64,000 nucleotides of DNA from Thermodesulfobacteriota bacterium (lineage in GTDB: Bacteria > Desulfobacterota > Desulfobulbia > Desulfobulbales > SURF-16), in assembly GCA_049323655.1 (NCBI GenBank), contig JBMONO010000009.1, positions 62,540 through 126,539 on the forward strand. The letters run 5' to 3'. Of the stretch, positions 27,151-37,777 are shown one piece after another. The stretch's first letter is position 1. Each line of letters opens with the position of its first letter. The notes beneath the pieces are model-generated. The model saw only the letters and a list, made by a program, of their open reading frames with translations. It made no database searches and had not been told where the DNA came from. Made by a program: the position numbers and the translations under genes.

Positions 27151-28541
27151 AAATTCTTTTTGTCTATCTAAACGCAACACACCAGGAGTACATCCCGCTC
27201 GGGGTGGCGTATCTTTCCGCGGCCTTGAAAAAAGCAGGCCACCAAACCTGCCTCCATGACGGTACCTTCATCAGCATTAAAAAACTCCCCCAAACCGTCA
27301 CCACAGAGCAGCCGGACCTCATCGCCTTTTCCATCCGCAGCCCGGAAGCACCCCAGGCCAGGAAAGCGATTGCCACCCTAAAAAGGCATACGGACATTCC
27401 GATAATCGTCGGTGGGGTCCATCCAACGGTTGCACCCATTGAGGTTCTGAACTGGGAGGGTGTTGCAGCGGTCTGTGTCGGTGAAGGAGAAGAGGCATTT
27501 GTGCATCTCTGCGACAATTGGGGTAGGGAGACGGTCTATGCAACTCCCAATTTTTATTTTTTGCGCGACGGTAAACTGGTCAAAAACCCCTGCCTTCTTC
27601 CTCAACGCATCGATGATCTTCCCTTGCCGGACAGGGAACTCTTCAATATCGACAAATATCTCGAGGCAAGGGACGGGCGTCTGGATATCATTTCCGGACG
27701 CGGCTGTCCCTTTAACTGCACTTACTGCATCAACCATGTTGTTAAAAATATTATTTCTCACAAAACCGACTATATCAGGGTGCGCAAACCTGAAAACATC
27801 ATCCGCGAAATCCAGAAAGTCGCCGAAGGTCATGAGGTACGAAGTCTGGAGTTCGTCAACGACATCTTCACCCTCTCCGAGTCCTGGCTTGCTGAATTCA
27901 CCACCTTATACCGCAGGGATATCCACCTGCCCTTTGTCTGCAATGCCAGGGTGGAATTAATGACGCCGAAAATTGCCGCTCTCCTGAAAGAGGCAGGTTG
28001 CACCGAGGTACAGATGGGAATCGAGTCCGGCTCTGAAAGAATCAGAAGAGAGGTGCTGGGTCGGCGGATGAGTAACGCTGTCATCAAAGAGGCCTTTGCC
28101 ACCGTCCGGGCAGCGGGCATGAAGACCTATGCCTTCAACATGGTGGGGTTGCCGGAAGAAGGTTTTGCCGAACTCAGGGCCAGCATCGAGCTGAACCGCC
28201 ACATCATGGCTGACGCCATGCAGGTCTCAGTCTTTCAGCCCTATCCGGGGACGAAACTCCGCGAGCTTGCCATAGCCAGAGGATGGATATCCACCCGCCG
28301 ACTTCCTCTCTCCCACAAATCCTTTTCCATCATGCGATATCCCGGATGGGGAGCCTGGCGTATCCGACTGGCGAAACTAGGATTTCGCTTCTTCAGTCTG
28401 CTGCCTGATCATCCCCGCAGAGCGATGTCCGCCCTGTTTGTCGACATACTGGCCGACTATTACAACATGATCAGAGGGATATTCAGTCCGAAACTAAAAA
28501 AATATCTCTACCGTTTTTATGCTCACACCGGGAAAAATTAA
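27147..28541 (+). CDS. Cobalamin-binding radical SAM enzyme 2
   Basis: PLGVAYLSA, VGGVHPT, GEGE, GRGCPFNCTYC, GIESGS, PYPGT. Confidence 0.93.
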   Translation: MKILFVYLNATHQEYIPLGVAYLSAALKKAGHQTCLHDGTFISIKKLPQTVTTEQPDLIAFSIRSPEAPQARKAIATLKRHTDIPIIVGGVHPTVAPIEVLNWEGVAAVCVGEGEEAFVHLCDNWGRETVYATPNFYFLRDGKLVKNPCLLPQRIDDLPLPDRELFNIDKYLEARDGRLDIISGRGCPFNCTYCINHVVKNIISHKTDYIRVRKPENIIREIQKVAEGHEVRSLEFVNDIFTLSESWLAEFTTLYRRDIHLPFVCNARVELMTPKIAALLKEAGCTEVQMGIESGSERIRREVLGRRMSNAVIKEAFATVRAAGMKTYAFNMVGLPEEGFAELRASIELNRHIMADAMQVSVFQPYPGTKLRELAIARGWISTRRLPLSHKSFSIMRYPGWGAWRIRLAKLGFRFFSLLPDHPRRAMSALFVDILADYYNMIRGIFSPKLKKYLYRFYAHTGKN

Positions 28542-29727
28542 GATCGGTTGTATTTTTGACAACTTCTACCCGAAACTCGGGGGCGGGCCTGTCCAGAATC
28601 AAATGCTTGTGGAGCATCTGAGTAGGTCCCCTGATTTTTCGCCAATGGTTTTCCCCCTCATGTGGGCCATGGGTCTCAACACATCGCAATTCAACTACCC
28701 TGTGCAGCCGATCAGAGTCTACAATGAGTTTCCCAGTGACTTTAACCGCATAACCCCGGCCATTCTCGCCGATCGCCTGTACAATATCCTGACCAGCCGG
28801 AAAATCGGCCATATGCTGAAAAAAGTGGATCTGATCCACACCGATCTCCACTCTTCAGCACTGCTCGGCGCGTATTACAGGAAAAAACTTAACAAGAAAC
28901 TGGTGATCAGGTTCGGCGGCAATATATTCCGCCAACAGGAACGACGTGATGAGATTGAAGACAAATACCACTGGTTCAAGGGGCTTTTCTTTCAACTTCC
29001 GGCTCGCTACGCTTTCCAGGCCGCGGATGCCATTATCGTCAACGGCCGGGACCTCAAGGACGAACTGACCCGCAACGGCATCGCAGAACAAAAAATACAT
29101 ATTGTCCCGGTCGGGCTCGCCATTGATATATTCCATCCACCTCCTGCCAGCGAAGAGATTCTGCCTGTTGCCGCCAACCAGACATTGCGCCTGCTTTTCT
29201 TCGGCCGTATAACCGAGGCAAACGGCCCTCTGCAATTCCTAGAAGTAGTCAGGATGCTCCAGGCAAACCTGTCCAAACCTGTCACCGCTTCGGTCATAGG
29301 GGATGGCCCTATGCTGGAGCTGATGCAGCAAACCGCCCGCAGGCAAGGCCTGCCGGTGATGTTTCTTCCTTCACTGAATCATCACCAGCTTGCCGGCCAG
29401 ATCCGCAAACATCATTTCTGCGTCTTTCCCTTCCGAAAAATCGGCGGGATTTCCAGCGTGGTGACCGAATCCATGGCGTGCGGCAGAATAGTTTTTGCTA
29501 CAGAGGCCGGTGATCTGCGGGCAATCATCGATGACTCCTGCAACGGTTTTCTGGTTCCGTCTGACTCCCCGCAAAGGATGGCTGACAAGATCAGCATTAT
29601 CGCCCGAAACAGGGAAATGCAGCAAGCCGTCATGGTTAACGCGGCCGAGACAGCCCGGAAAAATTGCAGTTGGAGCCAGATCACAGCGAAATACACCACT
29701 GTTTACAGAAAAATCCTTCTCATGTAA
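28519..29727 (+). CDS. GT4 glycosyltransferase
   Basis: FFGRI, GDGP, VVTESMACG, NGFLV. Confidence 0.85.
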   Translation: MLTPGKIKIGCIFDNFYPKLGGGPVQNQMLVEHLSRSPDFSPMVFPLMWAMGLNTSQFNYPVQPIRVYNEFPSDFNRITPAILADRLYNILTSRKIGHMLKKVDLIHTDLHSSALLGAYYRKKLNKKLVIRFGGNIFRQQERRDEIEDKYHWFKGLFFQLPARYAFQAADAIIVNGRDLKDELTRNGIAEQKIHIVPVGLAIDIFHPPPASEEILPVAANQTLRLLFFGRITEANGPLQFLEVVRMLQANLSKPVTASVIGDGPMLELMQQTARRQGLPVMFLPSLNHHQLAGQIRKHHFCVFPFRKIGGISSVVTESMACGRIVFATEAGDLRAIIDDSCNGFLVPSDSPQRMADKISIIARNREMQQAVMVNAAETARKNCSWSQITAKYTTVYRKILLM

Positions 29728-29745
29728 CCCGTCGGAAACAGAGCA

Positions 29746-31197
29746 ATGACAAATCAGCATATTACCCAGGCAATCCTGTGGGGATTAAACGATGACACCA
29801 GGCGCTATCTGGAACTGCTCGCCAAGGCCGGTATCACCTGCCGCTGCATCGTCGATACCTATAACCATTCGCCCGGTTATCACGAGGTTCCGGTTCTTTC
29901 CGCCGAGCAATACAAACAAGAGGCCAATCTGTTATCCCACATTCCCGTGCTTGTCATTGCCCGCAGCAAAAGCGGAGAGAGCAGGTTCGCCGAGGTAACC
30001 GATTACATAAAAAACTTCCTTGACCTGAAAGAGGTCCGCATTCTCCATCCGGTTTGCCTGGCCGACTATATCGACGTCACCTTCCCGCACAGAGTTTACA
30101 TTTGCGGCTTTCCCGGCTCGGGAAACATTTTCGTCAGGGCGCTGACGGAAAAACTCCTTACCGCATCAGAACAGCCCCCTCATCTTGCAACAACAAATCA
30201 TTCCCTGTTACATCATCTGGCCAGAGAGCATCATGAACTGCTGATTAAGACCCTTAACGCTCTCTTTCTCAGCCATGATCTCACGGTCAAACACGAATCC
30301 ATGACCCATGCGGATACCTTTGTCTTTTCCGGGGCGAAGAAAAATGAATTCGTCCGCCTGTTCAATATCAAATCAAAGCGCTATCTGTGTGAAGACATCT
30401 GCAGCCGGCATGATTTTTTTGAAGATCACATACTCGACACGTTCCAGAGGCTGCAATACAAGATAATCGCGCCAATCAGAAACCCTCTTGACACCTTGAT
30501 ATCAAATGCTTTCAAGTATGAATATACGACCATCTTCATTGACAGAGACGCCATTCCGGACGCAAGCAAGAGCGGGTTTAAACAGGCCCTTGGCCACGCC
30601 AGACTATCCAGCTACAAATGGTTCCATGATCTGGCCCAATCGCTGCACAGGTTCTATACTAATCTTCTGCAGGCCTCCGGTGTCTATTTAATCAAATATG
30701 AAGATCTCATTTCCCAACCGTACCCTGAATTGAAAAATCTGGCCTCCTTTCTAGGGCAGCAAATATCGGATGAGACGATTGAAAATCTCTGGCAGACGAC
30801 AGCATTCAGACCTCTCAGCAATCAAGCCCACTACTTCCAGCCCGGCATGGATAAGTGGCGAAAATATCTTAACAACAAGCATATAGAAATTTTGGCGGAA
30901 CTTGGTTTTGCAAACTTGATGAAAGAGTTGGGCTATCAATTCCCGACTCAGCCTCTGGAGCAGCCTGAACCCGGTCCGCCTGAAACACATACGCGGCTTG
31001 ACTTATTCCTCTCCCTGCACGACCACATTCAACACATCAATTTCAGGAAAAACATCTCCTTTCCCGATGACCAGTTGACATACTGCATGGAAATGCGGAC
31101 AGGCCTTGGACTGTTGACCAATCAACCCCACTACGCCACGCTCCTTAACGCAATAGAACAGTCGAGTTACATCCAATCCATTTTCACAGGAATATAA
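29746..31197 (+). CDS. Sulfotransferase-like protein with N-terminal Rossmann-like module
   Basis: ICGFPGSGNIF (PAPS 5'-loop-like), IRNPLDTLIS (3'-phosphate motif), IKYEDL, KWRKYL. Confidence 0.7.
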   Translation: MTNQHITQAILWGLNDDTRRYLELLAKAGITCRCIVDTYNHSPGYHEVPVLSAEQYKQEANLLSHIPVLVIARSKSGESRFAEVTDYIKNFLDLKEVRILHPVCLADYIDVTFPHRVYICGFPGSGNIFVRALTEKLLTASEQPPHLATTNHSLLHHLAREHHELLIKTLNALFLSHDLTVKHESMTHADTFVFSGAKKNEFVRLFNIKSKRYLCEDICSRHDFFEDHILDTFQRLQYKIIAPIRNPLDTLISNAFKYEYTTIFIDRDAIPDASKSGFKQALGHARLSSYKWFHDLAQSLHRFYTNLLQASGVYLIKYEDLISQPYPELKNLASFLGQQISDETIENLWQTTAFRPLSNQAHYFQPGMDKWRKYLNNKHIEILAELGFANLMKELGYQFPTQPLEQPEPGPPETHTRLDLFLSLHDHIQHINFRKNISFPDDQLTYCMEMRTGLGLLTNQPHYATLLNAIEQSSYIQSIFTGI

Positions 31198-31216
31198 ACT
31201 TCGGTGGGAGAAGCAC

Positions 31217-32422
31217 TTGCACCCGGAACTCAACATACTCTGTTTTTGTGCCTACCCTTTTCCGGCGCACCCCGGGGAAACCCTTTTCTGCGGGGGACAA
31301 TACCACCCCTTCTACCTTACCTGGGCACTTGCGGAACTCGGCGTCAATCTTCATGTCATAGCCCGCCAACAGCCGGATCAACCAGCGCAACAACGCATCA
31401 AAGGCCTCACTGTTCATCGCTACCCTTCCACATACCACTGGGGTGGACACCGCCGGGGTATCACCTTCAGCGGCAAACGATTACGCCTGGTCATGCAACA
31501 ATGCAGCAGACAAAAATTCTCCTGGGCAATTACCTTTTCCCCCCTGACGCGGGAACTTGACCTCCTTCAGCAGCATGAAATTTCTCTCTGTTATATGGTG
31601 CCGGGGGTAAACCGCGGCTTTTTAAAGAATCTTGGCAACCGTCCCCTGGATATTCTCCGGAAAATGGCCATCCGCCATATCAGCTTGCCTCTGTTTAAGA
31701 AAAATATCGCGGCAGCAAAACTCATTTTCGCCAACTGCGCAAGTGATGCAAATCTGTTAACCCGTCATTTTCAGCCCCCCTGCCCTGTACAGATCAACAG
31801 AAACGGGGTCAACACGCAACTCTACAGGCCAATCCCCAAGGAAGAGAGAACCAATACCTTTCTCTGTGTCGGCCGTTTTGCCCGGGAGAAAGGATTTCAT
31901 GATACACTACACGCTGCCGTAACCTGCTGCAGAGAAAATCCCAGCATCAGATTCCACTTTATCGGCTTTATTGACGACAGAAACTATTTCAACAAAATAA
32001 AAAAACAAATCGCCGACCTGGCACTGAAAAACCATATAGATCTCGACCCTAATGTACCGGAAGAGAAAATGCCGTCATACTTCGCCAGGGCCCGGGCTCT
32101 TATCTGTTACTCCAATGGCTACGATCCACTGCCGAGCGTCATATACCAGGCCATGGCATGCGGACTGCCGGTCATTTCCACAGACTGGCCATCACGATCC
32201 GAGGTCATTGAACATGAGATAAATGGACTTCTCGTGCCGCCTGGCCGGATCGACCTTTTGATCCAGGCCATCAGGCGCCTTTCCGATTATGAAGCCCATG
32301 CATTCGCAATGGGAGAAAATGCCAGGAAAACCGTCTGCGAGAAACACGATTTTACCAAGTTGGCCCAAGATATATTAGCACATCTCCATCGAGCCGGACA
32401 TGCAGGTCCCGTTTTATCTTAA
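31217..32422 (+). CDS. GT4 glycosyltransferase
   Basis: NGVNT, VGRFAREKG, QAMACGLPVI, NGLLVPP. Confidence 0.88.
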   Translation: MHPELNILCFCAYPFPAHPGETLFCGGQYHPFYLTWALAELGVNLHVIARQQPDQPAQQRIKGLTVHRYPSTYHWGGHRRGITFSGKRLRLVMQQCSRQKFSWAITFSPLTRELDLLQQHEISLCYMVPGVNRGFLKNLGNRPLDILRKMAIRHISLPLFKKNIAAAKLIFANCASDANLLTRHFQPPCPVQINRNGVNTQLYRPIPKEERTNTFLCVGRFAREKGFHDTLHAAVTCCRENPSIRFHFIGFIDDRNYFNKIKKQIADLALKNHIDLDPNVPEEKMPSYFARARALICYSNGYDPLPSVIYQAMACGLPVISTDWPSRSEVIEHEINGLLVPPGRIDLLIQAIRRLSDYEAHAFAMGENARKTVCEKHDFTKLAQDILAHLHRAGHAGPVLS

Positions 32423-33527
32423 TCAGATTCCCGCCCCTGCTGCCGTTGTCATCCTGGACTGCCTGGCTGATGCGGTACACCAGGCCAGGAATCGTTACCC
32501 GGACCTCAAGGCCCTTATCCTGTACGGGAGTTTCTGCGCCGGAGATTTCGCCATGCGTCAGACTGGCGTCACCACCTGGCGATTCATCAGCGATTTCGAT
32601 CTGGTCATGGTGCTTCCCCATTTACAGGTGCTCCGCTATCGACTGGCCGCTCCCAAAACCTCCTGGAAACTCTGCCATGGTGCAGTGGCGGACGTGGCGC
32701 TGGAAAGCGGCTTCAGCCTCCGACGCAGTATTCGCACCATGGAGTATTACAACATCTGCCATGGCGGCCTCCTCCTCTGGGGGAGAGATGATATGTTGCC
32801 AGGGAAAGACAGTGCGCAGCCACTCAGCCAAGGGCAGGGGCTGCGGCTGCTGGCCAACAGATTGTGGGGCATTCTCGAAGCCCTGGATGGGCCCGAAGAG
32901 ATGCTGAATCATCGGCTGACAAAAGGTCTGCTGGCCTGTCTCCACAGTGATTGTCTCCTGCAGGGGATATACGAGCCTTCCGCTGTCCGTCTCCTCGCGC
33001 TCTATCGAGCAAAAAAGGAAAGCGACCTCCCGCAAGGACTGCCCCCTCCACTGTTGGACAAAATCAACGACGCCCTGCTGGGAAACCTGGGGAAAAAACC
33101 CGCCGTAAATGCACACCAGTTAACGGCTACCCTGCGGCTTCTCCTGCACTACATGGCACTCTCCTTCCAGAAAATTACGGCCACCGCGGTGCTCTGGGAT
33201 CATTTCCTCCCCCGGCTCGTCCGCATGCCCTGGCAGGGATGGCCTTTTACTGCCAATATGCTCTCCTTTCTCTACCGTTCCGTTGCCCAGCAGAGACGAA
33301 TTCCTCCCCTGTCCCTGCATCCTCTGTTCGCACCGGTTTGTCTGCGAATCTGGGCAGGATGGATTACCCTGGCCCTGGCGGTTCTTGACAAATCGCCACA
33401 GCGACTGGAACTGTACAATCGGCTGATGGCGTGGTTTCCCGGCTACACGCCAGCCACTTCAATCAAAACAGCCATCCTTGCCAACCCCTCATGGCAAAGG
33501 CAGGTTCCGGTCACTTCCCGCATCTAG
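32400..33527 (+). CDS. Pol-beta-superfamily nucleotidyltransferase-like protein
   Basis: LILYGSF..GD..SDFDLVMV (hGS + DxD). Confidence 0.6.
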   Translation: MQVPFYLNQIPAPAAVVILDCLADAVHQARNRYPDLKALILYGSFCAGDFAMRQTGVTTWRFISDFDLVMVLPHLQVLRYRLAAPKTSWKLCHGAVADVALESGFSLRRSIRTMEYYNICHGGLLLWGRDDMLPGKDSAQPLSQGQGLRLLANRLWGILEALDGPEEMLNHRLTKGLLACLHSDCLLQGIYEPSAVRLLALYRAKKESDLPQGLPPPLLDKINDALLGNLGKKPAVNAHQLTATLRLLLHYMALSFQKITATAVLWDHFLPRLVRMPWQGWPFTANMLSFLYRSVAQQRRIPPLSLHPLFAPVCLRIWAGWITLALAVLDKSPQRLELYNRLMAWFPGYTPATSIKTAILANPSWQRQVPVTSRI

Positions 33528-33530
33528 GCC

Positions 33531-34979
33531 ATGCCATCACTCAAGATCCTGCTCATTCGCCACCACCAGCAGCCAGCCCTCGCTGACGGCTCATACAGGA
33601 GACACGCTTTTCAGCTTATCCCCCTCGGCCTGGCATATCTCGCAGCCACCCTGAGGGAATCAGGGATGACGGTCACGGTATGCGACAGCCTGGTCTCCAT
33701 CGAGACCAAAAAACAGTTTCTCTCTATGGTGCAGCAGAGCGACCCCGACCTGATAGGCATCTCGGCCATGACCGACGGTCTGCCCGGGGCAATGGAGGCG
33801 GCGGCACTGATCAAGAAAATACGGCCGACCACGCCGATTGTCCTGGGAGGCGCCCATATGGCGACATTTCCGGAACAAACCCTGCAGGAAGGCGCTTTCG
33901 ATCTGGGAATCATTGGCGAAGGGGAACGCACCTTTGCAGAGCTTGCCACGGCGTTGGCGGAAAAACGGCAGAGCCTGTCAGAATTACCAGGCCTTGCCAT
34001 CAAAGAAAAAACCGGCGAAATCCGTTGCACCCGGCCGCGGGAAAGGATCAGCGATCTGGATCAGCTGGCCCACCCGGCCCGCGACCTCTTCCCGAACCAT
34101 CGCTATCGCACCCTGCTGGGTCACAACCCGGTCACCTACATCCTTACCTCCCGGGGCTGCCCGTATCACTGCACCTTCTGTGATCACAGTCTCTGGGGAA
34201 ATAAGGTGACCTTTCACTCACCACGATGGATCCTGGAAGAGATTCAGCATTGCCAGGCCCATGGGGCGCGAGAAATCTATATTTACGACGAGACCTTCAC
34301 CCTGCAGCGGGAACGGGTTCTTCATCTCTGTGAACTCATCCTGCAGCATCGCATCAGGGCTTCATTTGTGATCAGTACCCGTGCCGATCATGTTGACTTC
34401 GAAATGTTAAAACTGCTGAAACAGGCAGGATGCCGCCAGATTCGCTTCGGCGTTGAAACGGGCAGCCCTGTCATGCTGAAAAAAATCAGAAAGGGACTGA
34501 GTCATACTCAGATTCAAAGGGCCTTCCAGGATTGCCGCACCCTCGGCATCGAGACATTCGGCTATTTCATGCTGGGCCTGCCGGATGAAACACCCGAGCA
34601 AATGCTGGAAACCATCCGCACCGCTATCAGCCTTGATCCGGATTGGGTAAATTTCAATCTTCTCAGTGTCAAGCCCGGCACCGCTATCTACCGGGAACTG
34701 ACCAGGCAATCCGGCAGAGCACCCACCAACTGGCTGAAAGGCTTTCTGGACGGCAAAAGCAGCGAAGATGACAGTTATATCTTACCGGCCGGCAAGAATC
34801 TGGCGGACATGAACAGAATGATCCATACCGCCTATCGCAGATTTTACTTCCGTCCCCGTTTTTTTCTCAAACGGTGCAGGGATCTCAGACATCCTGCGCT
34901 GTTATATCATTACCTGACAAGCATAATCGGAACCTACAGCCATCTTTTCGCCGGGAAGTTCCGCAATATTCACCAATAA
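33531..34979 (+). CDS. Cobalamin-binding radical SAM enzyme 3
   Basis: PLGLAYLAA, LGGAHMA, GEGE, TSRGCPYHCTFC, GVETGS, RRFYFRP. Confidence 0.93.
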   Translation: MPSLKILLIRHHQQPALADGSYRRHAFQLIPLGLAYLAATLRESGMTVTVCDSLVSIETKKQFLSMVQQSDPDLIGISAMTDGLPGAMEAAALIKKIRPTTPIVLGGAHMATFPEQTLQEGAFDLGIIGEGERTFAELATALAEKRQSLSELPGLAIKEKTGEIRCTRPRERISDLDQLAHPARDLFPNHRYRTLLGHNPVTYILTSRGCPYHCTFCDHSLWGNKVTFHSPRWILEEIQHCQAHGAREIYIYDETFTLQRERVLHLCELILQHRIRASFVISTRADHVDFEMLKLLKQAGCRQIRFGVETGSPVMLKKIRKGLSHTQIQRAFQDCRTLGIETFGYFMLGLPDETPEQMLETIRTAISLDPDWVNFNLLSVKPGTAIYRELTRQSGRAPTNWLKGFLDGKSSEDDSYILPAGKNLADMNRMIHTAYRRFYFRPRFFLKRCRDLRHPALLYHYLTSIIGTYSHLFAGKFRNIHQ

Positions 34980-35008
34980 ACCCTCCTGCGGGCACCAGAC
35001 GGTTTCTT

Positions 35009-36580
35009 ATGGAACAGAAAACACCTGCCAGAAAAATCATCTTAATCCAGCCGACCTTTTCCGAACATGAATACGCCATGGACGAGCTGACTCCGCCCAT
35101 GGCGCTGCTCCACCTTGCCGGATCACTGCTGAGCGACGGTTTTGAAACTGTTATCATAAATCAGCAGATTGACCGCAACTGGGAGCAACTTCTGGCTGGA
35201 GAGCTGCAACATAATCCCGTCTGCGTGGGCATCACCTCCCTCACCGGCCTGCAGATCTACTTCGCCCTCAAGGCGGCAAAGCAGGTAAAGCTAACAAGTT
35301 CCGTGCCGGTGGTGTGGGGCGGTATACACGCAACCATGGTTCCGGAACACGTCATCGCCAGCCGTTATATCGATTATGTGCTGACCGGAGAATGCGAGAA
35401 CAGTTTCCCGCAACTTGTTCGGGCCATTTTCTCCGGGAATGTCCCGCACGACGTACCCGGTATCGTCTACAGGGATGAATCCGGCGCCGTGCGGCAAACA
35501 CCCCCTGGTCCTCCGCCGGATCTTGCCCTGCTGCCACCGGTGCCCTTTCACCTTGATAGGCTATTCACGGAACAGCCCCATCCCCGTCTGACCATTATCA
35601 CCAGCCGGGGCTGTCCGCACCGTTGCTCTTTCTGTTTTAACAACTTTTATTACCACCGGAAGTGGCGCGCCATGGAAAGCAAGGAGGTACTGGCGCTCAT
35701 CGACCATTACCTGAAAGAATACGGCCCGGGCAGCTCCTACAGGAAAGAACCGGTCATCAGCTTTGGCACCGAATCAAACTTTTTTGTCTCAGCCAAACGC
35801 GTCGATGAAATCTGTCAAGGCATTATCGACCGGGGGATTCCTGTTACCTGGGAAGGTGTCAGCTGCCGCGTCGATTATCACCGACAAATCAAACCCTCAA
35901 CCCTGAAAAAACTTCATTCTTTAGGTTGCGATCGTCTGCTCACAGGAGTTGAGGGCGGCAACCAGGAAATGTTTGACCGCATCAAAAAGGACATCAAGCT
36001 TGCCGACGTCTTCGCCATGGGGGAGAAATTAATCGACAGCGGCATTAAATTGCATACATCATTCATCATGGGGCTGCCTGGTGAAACCCATGAAGACAGA
36101 CTGGCAATCATCGATTTAATCAACGAGCTGAGGCACAGATTCGGCGCCATGCATACATACGGCATATTCATCTATGCGCCCTTTCCAGGCACAGAACTCT
36201 GGGACAAAGGTGTGGAGCTCGGATTCACCCCACCCACCCGCCTCACGCAATGGGTAAAAGTTGAACAGCGCTTTCCCCAGCGGGTTCCCTGGCTGACAGA
36301 AAGTGACCGCCAGGAAATAAAGCGATTCAGGGAGATTGCCCTGGTAGGCGGGGTTTACGGAGACAATTCATTGGCAGGGAAAATTTACTCCCTATTCGGC
36401 AAATGGGGCAGCTTCCGGTTCCGCCATCACCTGTTCGGGGCTGTCCCGGAATTAAAGCTGCAGACCTTGCTTAACGACATCTACAACCTGGCCACGCGCG
36501 GCAGAAGAAGAAAGTATCAAACTTTTCACCATGATCCGCTGTACGAAAGAATCAATACCTTGCTGACGGAACTGGAATGA
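35009..36580 (+). CDS. Cobalamin-binding radical SAM enzyme 4
   Basis: PPMALLHLAG, WGGIHAT, TSRGCPHRCSFC, PFPGT. Confidence 0.92.
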   Translation: MEQKTPARKIILIQPTFSEHEYAMDELTPPMALLHLAGSLLSDGFETVIINQQIDRNWEQLLAGELQHNPVCVGITSLTGLQIYFALKAAKQVKLTSSVPVVWGGIHATMVPEHVIASRYIDYVLTGECENSFPQLVRAIFSGNVPHDVPGIVYRDESGAVRQTPPGPPPDLALLPPVPFHLDRLFTEQPHPRLTIITSRGCPHRCSFCFNNFYYHRKWRAMESKEVLALIDHYLKEYGPGSSYRKEPVISFGTESNFFVSAKRVDEICQGIIDRGIPVTWEGVSCRVDYHRQIKPSTLKKLHSLGCDRLLTGVEGGNQEMFDRIKKDIKLADVFAMGEKLIDSGIKLHTSFIMGLPGETHEDRLAIIDLINELRHRFGAMHTYGIFIYAPFPGTELWDKGVELGFTPPTRLTQWVKVEQRFPQRVPWLTESDRQEIKRFREIALVGGVYGDNSLAGKIYSLFGKWGSFRFRHHLFGAVPELKLQTLLNDIYNLATRGRRRKYQTFHHDPLYERINTLLTELE

Positions 36581-37764
36581 ATGCGCAGACGCCTCTGGTC
36601 ATTCACCTGATCCTGGACGGCTTCGCCAGCGAGTATCTTGCCTATGCCCCCTTTCTGTCTGAAAAAATCGGGGCCGGCAAAGGCCGGCCGATCAAGACTG
36701 TCGCCCCCTTTGGCTCGCGGGGCATGATCTTTACCGGATTCTCCCCCGGCAAAAGCCAGCTTTTTACCGATTTATGGCGGGATCCGGCAGCAAGCCGCTA
36801 CCGGGCTCTGCCAGGCTGGCTACAAAAACCTCATCCACTTCCCGTGGCCGTACGCTTTCTGGTTCGTCTGGCAACCAGAGTAATGAGCGATTACCCCTGC
36901 CCGCTCCTGCCCGGAATACCCGCATCATTTCTGCCGCGATTCGACAAACCGCCCCTCTCTCGTCATGTATCCACGTTCAGAGGTGACGGCCCGGTACCGA
37001 GTCTTATCGAACGACTGCAAAAGCAACACGTTCCCTATCAGTTCTTCGGGCCACCGACAAAGGGGTTCTGGCAAAAGCCCTTAATGCAGATAATCAAAAA
37101 AATAAAACCAGAGAGCAGATATCTGTGTGTACATGTCATCACCCCTGACCTGACTGGTCACCAATACGGACCGGACAGCCCGGAAATCCGGGACCTGACT
37201 GCCAGAATAGACCTGGAAACTGAACAACTCTGCGCCAGACTATACGAACTGGGGCGCGAGGCAGTTCTGCTCATCCATTCAGATCATGGCATGAGCAGGG
37301 TGCACACCGAAATTAATTTCTGGCAGGAGATCAGCAAATGGCCGCTGACCGTGGGGATCGACTTTGATTTTTTCCTGGATTCCACCATGGCGCGATTCTG
37401 GCTGTTAAATCCAGCCAAAGAAAACATCTTACAAAAAGGCATTGCCTCATTAGCTCCAGCAGGGCATCTGCTGTCAGACCAGGAGCGACAGGCCGCCGGG
37501 CTCCACGGACTTGATGCCCGTTACGGCGAGTATCTTGTCGCTGTTGAAGAAGGCACGGTCATCATGCCAAACTTTTTTCAAACCGCTCCGATAAGAGGCA
37601 TGCATGGCTATATCCGGAGTCAATCCACCGGCATGGTTGCCTGGCACAATTCCTTTGCCGAGGCCGACAGGGATGACATTTCACTGCTGGACATCACGCC
37701 GACAATTTTGAAACTTCTGCATCTTTCCCCGTCCGAGGGAATTGAAGGTACGGCAATTTTCTAA
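36577..37764 (+). CDS. Alkaline phosphatase superfamily protein (nucleotide pyrophosphatase/phosphodiesterase-like)
   Basis: Metal-ligand motifs LILDG, PDLTGH, SDHGM, GMHGY. Confidence 0.8.
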   Translation: MNAQTPLVIHLILDGFASEYLAYAPFLSEKIGAGKGRPIKTVAPFGSRGMIFTGFSPGKSQLFTDLWRDPAASRYRALPGWLQKPHPLPVAVRFLVRLATRVMSDYPCPLLPGIPASFLPRFDKPPLSRHVSTFRGDGPVPSLIERLQKQHVPYQFFGPPTKGFWQKPLMQIIKKIKPESRYLCVHVITPDLTGHQYGPDSPEIRDLTARIDLETEQLCARLYELGREAVLLIHSDHGMSRVHTEINFWQEISKWPLTVGIDFDFFLDSTMARFWLLNPAKENILQKGIASLAPAGHLLSDQERQAAGLHGLDARYGEYLVAVEEGTVIMPNFFQTAPIRGMHGYIRSQSTGMVAWHNSFAEADRDDISLLDITPTILKLLHLSPSEGIEGTAIF

Positions 37765-37777
37765 CCGGGACGACCCA

